Assembly: GCA_044229975.1 (NCBI GenBank)
Contig: JBGARZ010000001.1
Coordinates: 64,001 to 128,000 of the forward strand
DNA: 64,000 bases
Direction of reading: 5' to 3'
Source of the DNA: Polyangiales bacterium
Lineage (GTDB): Bacteria; Myxococcota_A; Polyangia; Polyangiales; Ga0077539
Both the position numbers and the translations under genes were made by a program. The notes beneath the pieces were generated by a model, which was not told the origin of the DNA, did not search any database, and saw only the letters and a program-made list of their open reading frames with translations. Shown in pieces: positions 9,378-19,663 of the stretch. Within the stretch, counting starts at the first letter, position 1; each line of letters starts with the position of its first letter.

Positions 9378-9418
9378 CCGAGACCCCGCCGACTCTCCCG
9401 AAAGGAGTCTCCACACCT

Positions 9419-10303
9419 ATGAAGACGATCGCCCTCTCCTCGCTTGTCGCCCTCTCCGTGACCCTGCTCTCCTCCGCCGCCCTCGCCCAGCAATGCCCTC
9501 CGGGATCGGTCTGTGCGGGCGCCCAGATCAACACGGGGATCTTCGGCATCGGGGGGAGCATCTCCATCGGTGGCGGCGTCGCCCCGCAGCCCGCCGCGCC
9601 GGTCTACGTACAGCCCGCCGCGCCGGTCTACGTGCAGCAGCCGGTCTACGTGCCGCCGCCTCCTCCGACCGTCGTCTATGTCCAGCAGCCCACGCGCTAC
9701 GTGGTGCAGCAGCCGGTGGCCTACCAGACGACCACCTATCAGTGGGCGGGGCTCCAGCGCGGCCAGACCGTCGGCCTCGGCGCCTTCGCGTCGGGCCTCT
9801 CCTTCGGCGGCCGCGGCAGCGAGAGCGTCTCGCTCTTTGGCGCTGGGGCGACGGTGCGCTTCCGCTACCACCCGTACCTCGCCACCGAGGCGACCCTCGG
9901 CGGGTACTACGGCCGCGACTACAACGGCGACCAGCGCGCCGAGGTGCCCGCGACCCTCAACGAGCTCATCTACTTCAACCCGATGCACCGCCTGCAGGTG
10001 TACGGCATCCTCGGCGTCGGCCTCTCGTGGGCGAGCGTGCAGTACGAGGGCCTCAACGCCATCACCCGCGGCCGCGACAACGCCGGCTACGCGTACATCG
10101 GCGGCCAGGCGGGCCTCGGTCTGGAGTGGCAGATCACCCGCAACTTCTCGCTCTTCACCGACGCCCGGGCGTTCATCCGCACGCGCGTCGATTCGGAGAC
10201 CGAGTCCAACCCGGAGTACTCGCGCACCAACGGCCGCCGCACCGAGACCACCAACACCTCGGCTGGCGTGACCGGTCAGCTCGGCGCGATGTTCTACTTC
10301 TGA
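9419..10303 (+). CDS. Outer-membrane beta-barrel protein (OmpA-like 8-strand type) with Pro/Val/Tyr/Gln-rich N-terminal linker
   Basis: Signal peptide ending ALA/QQ, PVYVQ repeats, amphipathic strands and a C-terminal aromatic BAM-type ending GQLGAMFYF. Confidence 0.8.
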   Translation: MKTIALSSLVALSVTLLSSAALAQQCPPGSVCAGAQINTGIFGIGGSISIGGGVAPQPAAPVYVQPAAPVYVQQPVYVPPPPPTVVYVQQPTRYVVQQPVAYQTTTYQWAGLQRGQTVGLGAFASGLSFGGRGSESVSLFGAGATVRFRYHPYLATEATLGGYYGRDYNGDQRAEVPATLNELIYFNPMHRLQVYGILGVGLSWASVQYEGLNAITRGRDNAGYAYIGGQAGLGLEWQITRNFSLFTDARAFIRTRVDSETESNPEYSRTNGRRTETTNTSAGVTGQLGAMFYF

Positions 10304-10320
10304 GCCGAAGCGTCGGCGCG

Positions 10321-11388
10321 CTACCGCTTCCTGGGGGGAAGCGGTGGCAGGGCCGGCGGGCGCGACAGAAGCGGGCTCTGCACCACCTCCTCCTCCTCGA
10401 CCTCCACCACCTCATCGACGTCCAGCGCCTCGACCGTCTCGACGACGGGCGGTGCGACGGTCACCACGGGTACGCGCGGGAGCGAGCTCGAGGTCAGCCC
10501 CGTCGGAACGCGCACCATCGGCACCTGCATCGTAGGGCGACGCGGAAGACCGGGGATGGAAGGCATTGCGCGCGGGATGCTCAGCGGCGGCGCAGGGCGG
10601 GGCGTCGGCTCGACCGGCGCCGACCCGAGAAACTCATCGAACGACGCGCCCACCTCGGCCGGCGCGACCGGCGGCGCGCTGACGGGCAACAGCGACGCGT
10701 AGGACATCCGCGTCGACATCACCGGCGGGACGGACGCCGGGGCGGGTCGACGTGCGGGCACCGGGGTGGGCATCGCGGCAGGCGGCGTGGAGGCGGGCCG
10801 CGCGACGGGCGGAGCGGGCATCGGCTCGATGGGCGCCGGGAGCACCGACGGCTTCGGCGCGTCGGGCGCCGGCTGCGACACCGGGCGCTCATCGAGCGGG
10901 GGAAAGGGCCCAAGGTCGACGTCGTCCTGAACGACCATGACCATCTCTTCGGCCGCGGTCTCGACGACGGGTGAATCAGAGACCGGGCGCGCCGACGGAG
11001 CACGCATCGACGCGCTGCCTTCGAGGTCTTCGAGGTTCACCGGGGCGGGCAGGATGCGACCGATGCCGCGCACGTCGGTCGGCTGCACGCCGCGCACGGG
11101 CGCGACCTCCACCGGCGGCGCCGCCGGGGCCATCGTCGCGGGCCTGGCGATGACTTCGGGCGGCGCGACGACCGCGGGCTTGATGCTGTGCCCGTTGGTC
11201 GCCATCACCGGAGCAGGTGTGCCGCCCAGCGCCTCCAGGTCCGCCAGCAGGATCGCCGGTCGAACCCGCGTCGTCGGGCGCGAGGGGACGGTGCCGCGCA
11301 GCGCGCTCAGCGCGTCGCCGACCGCTTCGAGATCGACCTGACCCGACGCATCACGCGGGAGCGAGGCTCGGTTCAGTGTTCGTCCCAT
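10321..11388 (-). CDS. Pro/Ala-rich, largely disordered hypothetical protein
   Basis: AAGGAG RBS, lies just downstream of alaS, low-complexity Pro-rich sequence with an acidic C-terminal patch. Confidence 0.65.
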   Translation of the reverse strand: MGRTLNRASLPRDASGQVDLEAVGDALSALRGTVPSRPTTRVRPAILLADLEALGGTPAPVMATNGHSIKPAVVAPPEVIARPATMAPAAPPVEVAPVRGVQPTDVRGIGRILPAPVNLEDLEGSASMRAPSARPVSDSPVVETAAEEMVMVVQDDVDLGPFPPLDERPVSQPAPDAPKPSVLPAPIEPMPAPPVARPASTPPAAMPTPVPARRPAPASVPPVMSTRMSYASLLPVSAPPVAPAEVGASFDEFLGSAPVEPTPRPAPPLSIPRAMPSIPGLPRRPTMQVPMVRVPTGLTSSSLPRVPVVTVAPPVVETVEALDVDEVVEVEEEEVVQSPLLSRPPALPPLPPRKR

Positions 11389-11436
11389 GCGATCGCTCCT
11401 TCGCTCCTCGCGCCGATGGTGCCGGAACTCCCCGGC

Positions 11437-14130
11437 CTACGCCACGATCGTCTTCGCCTGCGCGAAGACCTCGTCGAGCTTTCCGCCATCGGGGCCGCCC
11501 GCGCTCGCCATGTCGGGCCGACCGCCGCCGCGACCGCCCACCACCGCCGCGAGGTGACCCACGATCTTGCCCGCCTGGTAGCTCGACGTGGCCTCCTTGG
11601 AGACCGCGACCACCAGCAGCGCCTTGCCCTCCGGGGTCGTCGCACCCACCACGACCACCGCGGGCGCGTGCTTGTCCCGCAGATGATCAGCCAGCTCGCG
11701 CAGCGCCTTCTCGTCGCCCATCGGGGCCCGCGCGATCACCAGGCTGCGGCCCTCCGGCAGCGCCTTCACCTCGGCCGCCCCGCCGCTCCCGCCCGTCATG
11801 AGCTGTCGCTTCAGGCCGTCGATCTCGCGTTGGAGCTCTCGCTCTCGCTCGACCGTCTTCTCGACCCGCGCGTTGAGCTCGCTGGGCGCGGCCTTCAGGG
11901 TCTCCGCCGCGCGCGCCACCGTGCTCGACAGCGAGCGCGTCAACGCCAGCACCCCGAGGCCCGTCACCGCCTCGATGCGCCGCACCCCGGAGCCGGGGCT
12001 GGTGTCTGACACGATCTTGAACAGACCGATGTCGCCGGTGCGCGAAGCGTGGGTGCCGCCGCACAGCTCGACGCTCTCGCGGCCGATGCGCAGCAGCCGC
12101 ACCTCGTCGCCGTACTTCTCCTCGAAGATCATCATCGCGCCCTTGGCGCGCGCCTCCGCCTGCGACGTCACTTCCGTCTGCACCGGCAGGTTGGCGAGCA
12201 CCTCGTCGTTCACGAGGTTCTCGATGCGGGTGACCTCGTCGGCGGTGAGCGCCTGCGTCGACGCGTAGTCGAAGCGCAGCCCCTCGGGCGAGACCTTCGA
12301 GCCCTTCTGCTGGGCGTGGTCGCCGAGCACCTTGCGCAGCGCCCAGTGCAGCAGGTGCGTCGCGCTGTGGTTGCGCCGCGTCGCCGAGCGCGCCTGCGAG
12401 TCAACCGTCAGCACGACCGCGTCGCCCACCGAGAGCGTGCCCGCCGTGACCGTCCCGAGGTGCACCACCAGCCCCGCCACGGGCTTGTGCGTGTCGTCCA
12501 CCTCGAACGACCCGCCCGCGTGCGCGATGGTCCCCACGTCGCCGACCTGGCCGCCCGACTCGCCATAGAACGGCGTTCGCGACGTGATCACCTGTGCCCG
12601 CGCCCCCGGCGCGAGCGACGGCACCGCCTCCAGCGTCCCGTCGGTTTCGACCGCGAAGAGGGCCACCACGCGTCCCTCGTCGACCTCCTTCGCGTAGCCC
12701 GTGAACTCCGTCGCTCCGTGCGTCGCCAGCGCGTCGCGGTGCTCGACGCGGACCCGCGCGTCCTTGCCCACGGGCCCATGACCACCGCCTCCCTTGCCGT
12801 CGTGCAGCTCCTTCGCGAGGCGGTACCCCTTCTCGTCGATGACGAACCCGCGCTCGATGCCGATCACCTGCAGGAGGTCGAGCGGGAAGCCGTAGGTCGA
12901 GTACAGGTCGAAGGCGAAGTCACCTGGCAGCACCCGCATCCCCGTGTCGGAGCTGCGCCAGTCCTCGAACTTCTCCAGTCGCTCCAGACCCGTCGGGATC
13001 GTCTTGCGGAAGCCCTCGTCCTCGGTGCGCGTCCACTTCAGGATGAAGTTCTTCTTCTCGACCAGCTCGGGGTAGGCCGCGCCCATGCGCTCGATGACCA
13101 GCTCGACCACCTTGTCGAAGCTCGGCTCGCGCAGCCCCTGGAGGTACGCAAAACGGACCGCCCGGCGCATCACCGACCGCAGCGCCGCGCCCCGCTCTTT
13201 ATTCGACGGGGTAATCCCCTCGGCCAGCGCGAAGGCCGCCATGCGCGCGTGATCGGCGATGACCCGGCACGCCGTGTCGAAGCTGTTCGCGGTGCCCGTG
13301 TAGGGCTTCCCACCGATCTCCGCCGCGCGCTCGACCAGCGGGCGCAGCAGGTCCGTGTCGTAGTTGCTGGTCACCCCCTGAATCACCGCGGTGATGCGCT
13401 CCAGGCCCATGCCCGTGTCCACGCTCTGCGCGGGCAACGGCACCAGCGGCCCGTCCTTCACCGCGCGGTTGAACTGCATGAAGACGTTGTTCCAGATCTC
13501 CATCCAGCCGGCGCCGTCGTGCGCGGGCTCGACCACGTTGAAGGCCGCGAGGTCGGGCTCGCCCGGACCCATGAAGTAGTGGATCTCGGTGCACGGACCG
13601 CACGGCCCCGTGTCACCCATCGTCCAGAAGTTGTCGGCGCGGCCGAGGCCGATGATGCGCTCGTCGCCGAAGCCGGTGACCTCCTTCCAGATCGCGCGCG
13701 CCTCGTCGTCGGCGGGCAGGCCCTCCTCGCCCTTGAACACCGTGATGACCAGGTGACTCTTGGGGAGCTTCCACACCTCGGTGAGCAGCTCCCACGCATA
13801 CGCAATGGCGTCGCGCTTGAAGTAGTCGCCGAAGGAGAAGTTGCCGAGCATCTCGAAGAAGGTGTGGTGCCGCGCCGTCTTGCCGACGTTGTCGAGGTCG
13901 TTGTGCTTGCCCGACATCCGCACGCACTTCTGGCTGCTCGTAGCGCGCGTGTACGGTCGCTTGTCTTCCCCGAGGAAGGCGTCCTTGAACTGCACCATCC
14001 CGGCGTTGGTGAAGAGCAGCGTGGGGTCGTTGCTGGGCTTCACCCCGGAGCTGGCGACCACCGTGTGGCCCTTCGCCTCGAAGAACTTCAGGAACTGCGA
14101 ACGGATCTCGTCGGAGGTTGGCTTCGTCAT
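11437..14130 (-). CDS. alaS: Alanine--tRNA ligase
   Basis: DPTLLFTNAGMVQFK, HHTFFEMLGNFSFGDYFK, DTGMGLER, editing motifs HSATHLLH and ELCGGTH, and C-terminal GGRGGGRP. Confidence 0.98.
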   Translation of the reverse strand: MTKPTSDEIRSQFLKFFEAKGHTVVASSGVKPSNDPTLLFTNAGMVQFKDAFLGEDKRPYTRATSSQKCVRMSGKHNDLDNVGKTARHHTFFEMLGNFSFGDYFKRDAIAYAWELLTEVWKLPKSHLVITVFKGEEGLPADDEARAIWKEVTGFGDERIIGLGRADNFWTMGDTGPCGPCTEIHYFMGPGEPDLAAFNVVEPAHDGAGWMEIWNNVFMQFNRAVKDGPLVPLPAQSVDTGMGLERITAVIQGVTSNYDTDLLRPLVERAAEIGGKPYTGTANSFDTACRVIADHARMAAFALAEGITPSNKERGAALRSVMRRAVRFAYLQGLREPSFDKVVELVIERMGAAYPELVEKKNFILKWTRTEDEGFRKTIPTGLERLEKFEDWRSSDTGMRVLPGDFAFDLYSTYGFPLDLLQVIGIERGFVIDEKGYRLAKELHDGKGGGGHGPVGKDARVRVEHRDALATHGATEFTGYAKEVDEGRVVALFAVETDGTLEAVPSLAPGARAQVITSRTPFYGESGGQVGDVGTIAHAGGSFEVDDTHKPVAGLVVHLGTVTAGTLSVGDAVVLTVDSQARSATRRNHSATHLLHWALRKVLGDHAQQKGSKVSPEGLRFDYASTQALTADEVTRIENLVNDEVLANLPVQTEVTSQAEARAKGAMMIFEEKYGDEVRLLRIGRESVELCGGTHASRTGDIGLFKIVSDTSPGSGVRRIEAVTGLGVLALTRSLSSTVARAAETLKAAPSELNARVEKTVERERELQREIDGLKRQLMTGGSGGAAEVKALPEGRSLVIARAPMGDEKALRELADHLRDKHAPAVVVVGATTPEGKALLVVAVSKEATSSYQAGKIVGHLAAVVGGRGGGRPDMASAGGPDGGKLDEVFAQAKTIVA

Positions 14131-14184
14131 GGCTGCGGCCGGTGTGATTACCACCACCGCCGCGCACCCGCGAGGCTCCTGCGC

Positions 14185-15642
14185 TCAGCGAGGCCCGTAC
14201 GGATCGCCCGACGGCGGCGGCCTCGCCGGCGCGCCCGGCCCGAGGAACGCACTCCCCGTCGTCGCCGTCGTGTCCGGGCGTCGTGTGTGGTCGGCGCCGA
14301 AGTCGTAGGTCACCCCGAGGACGAAGCGCGTGTAGTCGTCCACCACGTCGCTCGCCGTGCCCAACGCAGCAGGACCCGCGTACGAAGTACGGTACCGAAC
14401 GAACTCCGCCGTGACCCGGAAACCCAGCCCCGGCGCGAAGCGGTCGAGGCGCGTCGCGAGGCCGAAGTGTGCGCCCAATCCGAAGGTGGTGCCGGGGTTG
14501 TCGCCGAAGGCTTCCTTCAGGTCGGCCCCGACCCCCACCCAGCGCAGCTCGCCGCCAAACAGCAGCCCCACGTCCACGTCGCGCCGCGCATAGAACGGGA
14601 TCATCCCCTCGCCCGCGACCCGCAGCCCGATGTAGCTCGTGAGCGCGAGCTGCATCTCCCGCGGCAGCCGCGCCGTGTCGATGTCGAAGGTCTGGAGCAC
14701 CATGCCCGCGCTGAAGCGCATCATCCCGCCGCCCGCGGGGCGCGACGCCAGCGTGAGCCCGAGGATGGTCTCCAACCCCGACGTGGCGAGCGGCACCGTG
14801 CGTCCATCCACATCGCGCCCGAGCGACGAGAGACCCACGGGCACCCCGATGGACGCCTCGCCGCCGAAGCCCATGCGCTGGTGGTTGAAGCGGTAGAGCA
14901 GCACCGCCGCGGCTTGCAGCTCGCCGAACATGTTGTTGTCGTAGCCGCGCGTCGTCCGCTCGCCCAATACGGGGACGCGCCACGATCGACCGGCGATGCC
15001 GCCGCCCACCCGGAGCTGGAGAAACCCGAGGCCCGGCACGTCGCTCGGTGCATCCTCCGCGGGCGCCGGCGCAGCGCCCGGACGTCGACCGCCACCCTCC
15101 ACCCGCGGCGCCGACGAACCGTTGTCACGGCTGCCGTTGCCCGTCACCGGGGTCCCTGTGTCGCGCGCCGGAACCTGTCGCAGCCCGGGCGACAGCCGCT
15201 CCCAGATGTCGTTGCCGAGCGCCTGGATCTCCTCGATGCGATCGAAGTCCCACGAGCGCGTGACGGTCGCGGCGCCATCGACGCCGCGCATCACCTTGAG
15301 CATCAGCCGATAGCCGCGGTTCGGGCGACGTTCGAGGAAGCCCGTGACCACCGCGTCGAGGCGCAGCTCGCGCGAGACCGCCACCACCGCCGCCTCGTCG
15401 GCCTGCCCCGCCACGCCCAACCGATCGGCCGTCGCGTTGTACTCGCCCAGCGCGCAGAGCTCGATCTCCCCCACGTGGTCGCTGAACATGCTCGCGACCA
15501 TGCCGCGCGTGATGGCCGACCGCTCTCCCGTGAAGGGCCCCACCGCCACCCGCACCACCCGCGTCTGCTGCGCGCGGACCTCCGCCGGGGCCACCATCGC
15601 CACCAGCACGCCGCACACCACGCTCGCCGACCAGGGCCTCAT
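14185..15642 (-). CDS. Secreted/outer-membrane protein (N-terminal alpha/beta domain, Pro/Gly linker, C-terminal beta-barrel-like region)
   Basis: Signal peptide MRPWSASVVCGVLVAMVAPAEVRA/QQ, amphipathic strands ending FVLGVTYDFG, and ATG preceded by an extended -10 TGaTAGGTT. Confidence 0.7.
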   Translation of the reverse strand: MRPWSASVVCGVLVAMVAPAEVRAQQTRVVRVAVGPFTGERSAITRGMVASMFSDHVGEIELCALGEYNATADRLGVAGQADEAAVVAVSRELRLDAVVTGFLERRPNRGYRLMLKVMRGVDGAATVTRSWDFDRIEEIQALGNDIWERLSPGLRQVPARDTGTPVTGNGSRDNGSSAPRVEGGGRRPGAAPAPAEDAPSDVPGLGFLQLRVGGGIAGRSWRVPVLGERTTRGYDNNMFGELQAAAVLLYRFNHQRMGFGGEASIGVPVGLSSLGRDVDGRTVPLATSGLETILGLTLASRPAGGGMMRFSAGMVLQTFDIDTARLPREMQLALTSYIGLRVAGEGMIPFYARRDVDVGLLFGGELRWVGVGADLKEAFGDNPGTTFGLGAHFGLATRLDRFAPGLGFRVTAEFVRYRTSYAGPAALGTASDVVDDYTRFVLGVTYDFGADHTRRPDTTATTGSAFLGPGAPARPPPSGDPYGPR

Positions 15643-15689
15643 CGCGGCGCAACCTATCACCCGCCGCGCTCCCGACGGAACCGCATCCC

Positions 15690-16373
15690 TCACCCGCGCG
15701 AAGCCTTCTCCGCGAGCCCCGACACCCCGCGACGCTTCGCCAGCACCGCCAGCACCGCGCGCCACGACACCCGCCGCGAGACCAGCGCCACGAGCGCATG
15801 AAACACCACGTCCGCGGCCTCCGAGGCCACCCGGTCGTCGGCCTCCGAAGCCACCGCGCGCGCGAGCTCGTCGGCCTCCTCCCGCAGCTTCTCTCCGATG
15901 CGACCTGCGCCCGCGTCGAGGAGCTGCCGCGTGTACGAACGCCCCGTCGACGAGTCATCCCGCCGACGCGCGTCGAGCGTCTCCCACAGCGCATCGACCT
16001 CGGGCAGCGGGCGCGCGCCCTCCTCCCACCGCGCGTCACCCCAGCGGCGGAAGAAGCACGACGGCGCGCCGGTGTGGCAGCTCGGCCCCGCGGGGTCGAC
16101 CTTCAACAGCACCGTGTCGCCGTCGCAGTCGAGCAGCAGCTCCCTCACCCGCAGCACGTGTCCGCTCGTCGCGCCCTTCACCCACAGCTCGCCGCGCGAG
16201 CGCGACCAGAACGTCGCGACGCCCGTTCGGGTCGTCTCCACGAGCGCCTCGCGGTTCATGTACGCGAGCATGCGAACCTCGCCGGTGAGGGCGTCCTGGG
16301 CGATGGCAGGGACGAGGCCCTGCGCGTCGAAGGTCACGGTGCGCAGCAGGTCGGCGGTGTCGTCGGGCGTCAT
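15690..16373 (-). CDS. hisIE: Bifunctional phosphoribosyl-AMP cyclohydrolase / phosphoribosyl-ATP pyrophosphatase
   Basis: [56 protein letters not shown] and EAADVVFH. Confidence 0.96.
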   Translation of the reverse strand: MTPDDTADLLRTVTFDAQGLVPAIAQDALTGEVRMLAYMNREALVETTRTGVATFWSRSRGELWVKGATSGHVLRVRELLLDCDGDTVLLKVDPAGPSCHTGAPSCFFRRWGDARWEEGARPLPEVDALWETLDARRRDDSSTGRSYTRQLLDAGAGRIGEKLREEADELARAVASEADDRVASEAADVVFHALVALVSRRVSWRAVLAVLAKRRGVSGLAEKASRG

Positions 16374-16452
16374 GCGCGGGGTTGTACCGCAACGACCTCC
16401 GCCGGCGGTGACGCTCGCGAGGCCGTGATAGCGTCGGCGCCCGGTACGCACG

Positions 16453-17607
16453 ATGAAAGCCCAGCCCGGTCTCGCGTCTCTCTGCCGTTCGCTGCTCGTC
16501 CTCCTCGCGCTGAGCACCGTCGCGTGTGCGACGGGCGAGGTCACGGGCGCTGAAGACGATGCGGGCCCTGTCACCGACAACGACCGCCCTGCGGCGGCGC
16601 AGGATGGCGGGTTCACCATCGACCTGTTCAACCCGCTCGAAGAGGACATCGGTGGCGGGACGACGGACGTGGGCACGACGGGCACGGACGTCGGCACCAT
16701 GGGCACCGACGCGGGGAGCGTCGGCGTAGACGTGGGCTCGACGGATACCGGGACGCGCGACGTGGGGACAACCGACGCGGGGACCGCGGATGCCGGGACG
16801 CCCGACAGCGGCGCTCGCGATGTCGGGACCACCGACGTGGGCGGATGCTCGATGGGTGAGAGCGCGTGCGGAGGCGGCTGCGTCGACCTGCAACACGACG
16901 CGCGCAACTGCGGGAGCTGCGGGCGCGCCTGTGGCGAGGTCGAAGCGTGCACCGACGGCACATGCACGAGTACATGTGCCGCGCCCCGTACGCTCTGCGG
17001 AACGGGTGCGAGCACGCGCTGCGTCGACACTCGAACGGACGTCGAAAACTGCGGAGCGTGCGGGACGGGGTGCGGCATGGGACGCGCCTGCACCGCAGGG
17101 AGCTGCGCGGCGGCGGCGTGCATGACCTCCGCTTCGGACTGCAACGGCAACACCGCGGACGGATGCGAGGTCGTCCACAACACGGCGGTCAACACCTGCG
17201 CCACGCCGATCAGCCTCGGCGCCTACTGCGGGGACACCCGCTGCGGAACGTTCTGTCCCGGCACCTCACAACGAATCGTGAGCACACAAACGGGCACACG
17301 GTCGCAGTGGTTTCGCGTCCGCATCACCGAGTGTTCCAGCTGCCCGGCGTCGCTCAATGCTCGCGTCCGTTTGCAGGTTCCGGCGGGAGTCGACTACGAC
17401 CTGTTCACATACAGCTCGTGCGGCAATCTCGTTGGTAGCTCGCAGCGGCTCGCCGGGGTGACCGACGAGATCACCGTCACTGGCGGTGGATCTTTTGGGA
17501 GCGACAGCTCCGACGTGATCATCGAGGTGCGGTGGTTCAGCGGTGCGTCGTGCATGCCCTGGACACTCACCGTCGAAGCGCGCGCCAACAACGGCACCAA
17601 CTGCTGA
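16453..17607 (+). CDS. Cys-rich lipoprotein (Asp-periodic linker, STIG1-like Cys repeats, C-terminal PPC-like beta domain)
   Basis: Lipobox [13 protein letters not shown] repeats, [36 protein letters not shown], and C-terminal [12 protein letters not shown]. Confidence 0.8.
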   Translation: MKAQPGLASLCRSLLVLLALSTVACATGEVTGAEDDAGPVTDNDRPAAAQDGGFTIDLFNPLEEDIGGGTTDVGTTGTDVGTMGTDAGSVGVDVGSTDTGTRDVGTTDAGTADAGTPDSGARDVGTTDVGGCSMGESACGGGCVDLQHDARNCGSCGRACGEVEACTDGTCTSTCAAPRTLCGTGASTRCVDTRTDVENCGACGTGCGMGRACTAGSCAAAACMTSASDCNGNTADGCEVVHNTAVNTCATPISLGAYCGDTRCGTFCPGTSQRIVSTQTGTRSQWFRVRITECSSCPASLNARVRLQVPAGVDYDLFTYSSCGNLVGSSQRLAGVTDEITVTGGGSFGSDSSDVIIEVRWFSGASCMPWTLTVEARANNGTNC

Positions 17608-17628
17608 TGGCATGAACCGTCACTTCGC

Positions 17629-17658
17629 TTGACGCGAGGCGCGGCGCCCCCCTACCCT
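17629..17658 (+). promoter_or_regulatory. Putative sigma-70 promoter of the FHA-GGDEF gene
   Basis: TTGACG-N18-TACCCT, 15 nt upstream of ATG 17674. Confidence 0.5.
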
Positions 17659-17673
17659 TTTCCCTGCTCTCTG

Positions 17674-18609
17674 ATGACCGACCCCAAGGATCACCCCGAA
17701 CTCCGCAACGAGGCGTCCTGGCAGGTCCAGACCCAGGTGCTGCGCGCGGAGCCGGGGATGGTCCCGCACACGGGAGGGTCGGACTGTCTCGTGGTGATCT
17801 ACACCCGTGAGGGTCGTGGTCCGCTCGGCAAGCGCATCCCCCTCGACGGGCCGGCGCACGAGCTCACCATCGGGCGCGACGTACAGAACTCCCTGGTGCT
17901 GGAGTTCGAGGGCGTGTCGCGCCGCCACGCGCGCCTCGCCAAGCGCGACGGCGTCTGGTGGGTGCACGACAACAACTCCACCAACGGCACCTACGTCAAC
18001 GACCTGCTCACCCGCGAGACGCCGCTCCGCAACGGCGACCGCGTGAAGGTCGGCGACGTCATCCTCAAGTATCTCTCGGCGGGTGACCTCGAGTCGGAGT
18101 TCATCGAGACCATCTCGCAGATGATGGTCACCGACGGTCTCACCCAGGCGGCCAACAAGCGGCACCTCACCGAGAAGATCACCGACGAACTCAACCGCTC
18201 CGCGCGCCATGGTCGGCCGCTCTCGCTGGTGATGTTCGACGTCGACCACTTCAAGAAGGTCAACGACAGCTACGGCCACGTCGCGGGCGACGTCGTGCTC
18301 AAGGAGATCGCCTCGCTCGTGCGCAGCCGCGTGCGGCGCAACGAGGTCTTCGGGCGCTACGGCGGCGAGGAGTTTGCGCTGCTGCTGCCCGAGACGACCC
18401 TCCAGGGCGCGGTCACCCTCGCGCAGGAGCTGTGCGTGCTCGTCGGCTCGACGCCGTTTCTCTTCGACCGCACCCGCATCCCGGTGACCATCTCCCTCGG
18501 CGTCGCGCAGTGGAACCCCGCCATCCGCACCACCGACGAGTTCATCCGGATGGCCGACGCCAAGCTCTATCAAGCGAAGCGCGACGGGCGAAACCGCGTC
18601 TGCGCCTGA
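17674..18609 (+). CDS. FHA-domain diguanylate cyclase
   Basis: FHA motifs IGR, VSRRHA and STNGT. GGDEF domain [30 protein letters not shown] and AKRDGRNRV. Confidence 0.95.
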   Translation: MTDPKDHPELRNEASWQVQTQVLRAEPGMVPHTGGSDCLVVIYTREGRGPLGKRIPLDGPAHELTIGRDVQNSLVLEFEGVSRRHARLAKRDGVWWVHDNNSTNGTYVNDLLTRETPLRNGDRVKVGDVILKYLSAGDLESEFIETISQMMVTDGLTQAANKRHLTEKITDELNRSARHGRPLSLVMFDVDHFKKVNDSYGHVAGDVVLKEIASLVRSRVRRNEVFGRYGGEEFALLLPETTLQGAVTLAQELCVLVGSTPFLFDRTRIPVTISLGVAQWNPAIRTTDEFIRMADAKLYQAKRDGRNRVCA

Positions 18610-18679
18610 CGCTCGCTCGACGGTCACACCTCAGGGCGTGAGTTGGACTAAGGTGCCTCCCCCGGAGGTTCCGCCGACC

Positions 18680-19663
18680 ATGTCACAGATCTTCGCCGAC
18701 AACTCACGCAGCATCGGCCACACGCCGCTGGTCAAGATCAACCGCCTCACCAAGGGGATGCACGCCACCGTGCTGGCCAAGATCGAGGGGCGCAACCCGG
18801 CCTACTCGGTGAAGTGCCGCATCGGCGCCTCCATGGTGTGGGACGCCGAAGAGCGCGGCGTGCTCAAGCCCGGCAAGACCATCGTCGAGGCCACCAGCGG
18901 CAACACCGGCATCGCGCTCGCCTTCGCCGCCGCCTCGCGCGGTTACCCCTGCGTGCTCACCATGCCCGAGACCATGAGCATCGAGCGCCGCAAGGTGCTC
19001 GTCGCCTTCGGCGCCACCCTGGTGCTCACGCCCGGCCCGCAAGGGATGAAGGGCGCCATCGCCAAGGCCGAAGAGCTCGCCGCGACCGAGCCCGACAAGT
19101 ACGTGCTGATGCGGCAGTTCGAAAACCCCGCCAACCCCGCCATCCACGAGCGCACCACCGGGCCCGAGATCTGGGAAGACACCGACGGCCTCGTCGACGT
19201 GCTCGTGTGCGGCGTCGGCACCGGCGGCACCATCACCGGCGTCTCGCGCTACCTCAAGAACACCCGCGGCAAGGCCATCACCGCCGTCGCCGTCGAGCCC
19301 GCCCACTCGCCCGTCATCACGCAGACCATCGCGGGGCAGGCGCTCGTCCCGGGGCCACACAAGATCCAGGGCATCGGCGCGGGCTTCGTCCCAAAGAACC
19401 TCGACCTCGGCATCGTCGACCGCGTCGAGCAGGTGACCAACGACGAGTCCATCGCCATGGCCCGCCGCCTCGCACGCGAAGAGGGCATCCTCTGCGGCAT
19501 CTCGTGCGGCGCCGCGATGGTGGGCGCCCTGCGCCTCGCCGCCGAGCCCGCCAACGCCGGCAAGACCATCGTGGTGGTGCTGCCCGACGCGGGCGAGCGC
19601 TACCTCACCGGCGCGCTCTTCGAGGGGATGTTCGAAGGCGTGGAGAAGGCCACCGCGCAATGA
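18680..19663 (+). CDS. cysK: Cysteine synthase A (O-acetylserine sulfhydrylase)
   Basis: [11 protein letters not shown] (PLP Lys), [41 protein letters not shown]. Confidence 0.97.
   Translation: MSQIFADNSRSIGHTPLVKINRLTKGMHATVLAKIEGRNPAYSVKCRIGASMVWDAEERGVLKPGKTIVEATSGNTGIALAFAAASRGYPCVLTMPETMSIERRKVLVAFGATLVLTPGPQGMKGAIAKAEELAATEPDKYVLMRQFENPANPAIHERTTGPEIWEDTDGLVDVLVCGVGTGGTITGVSRYLKNTRGKAITAVAVEPAHSPVITQTIAGQALVPGPHKIQGIGAGFVPKNLDLGIVDRVEQVTNDESIAMARRLAREEGILCGISCGAAMVGALRLAAEPANAGKTIVVVLPDAGERYLTGALFEGMFEGVEKATAQ

Noticed and set aside
12049..15801. Very long antisense ORFs (also 47784-51074, 58871-61867, 55530-57962, 45820-48072, 34715-37048)
   Set aside because: They are shadows of well-supported genes on the opposite strand, caused by high GC3 and stop-codon scarcity, and show no recognisable motifs.
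17608..17623. TGGCATGAACCGTCAC as a sigma-54 promoter
   Set aside because: It lacks the obligatory GC at -12. A sigma-70-like pair just downstream fits better.
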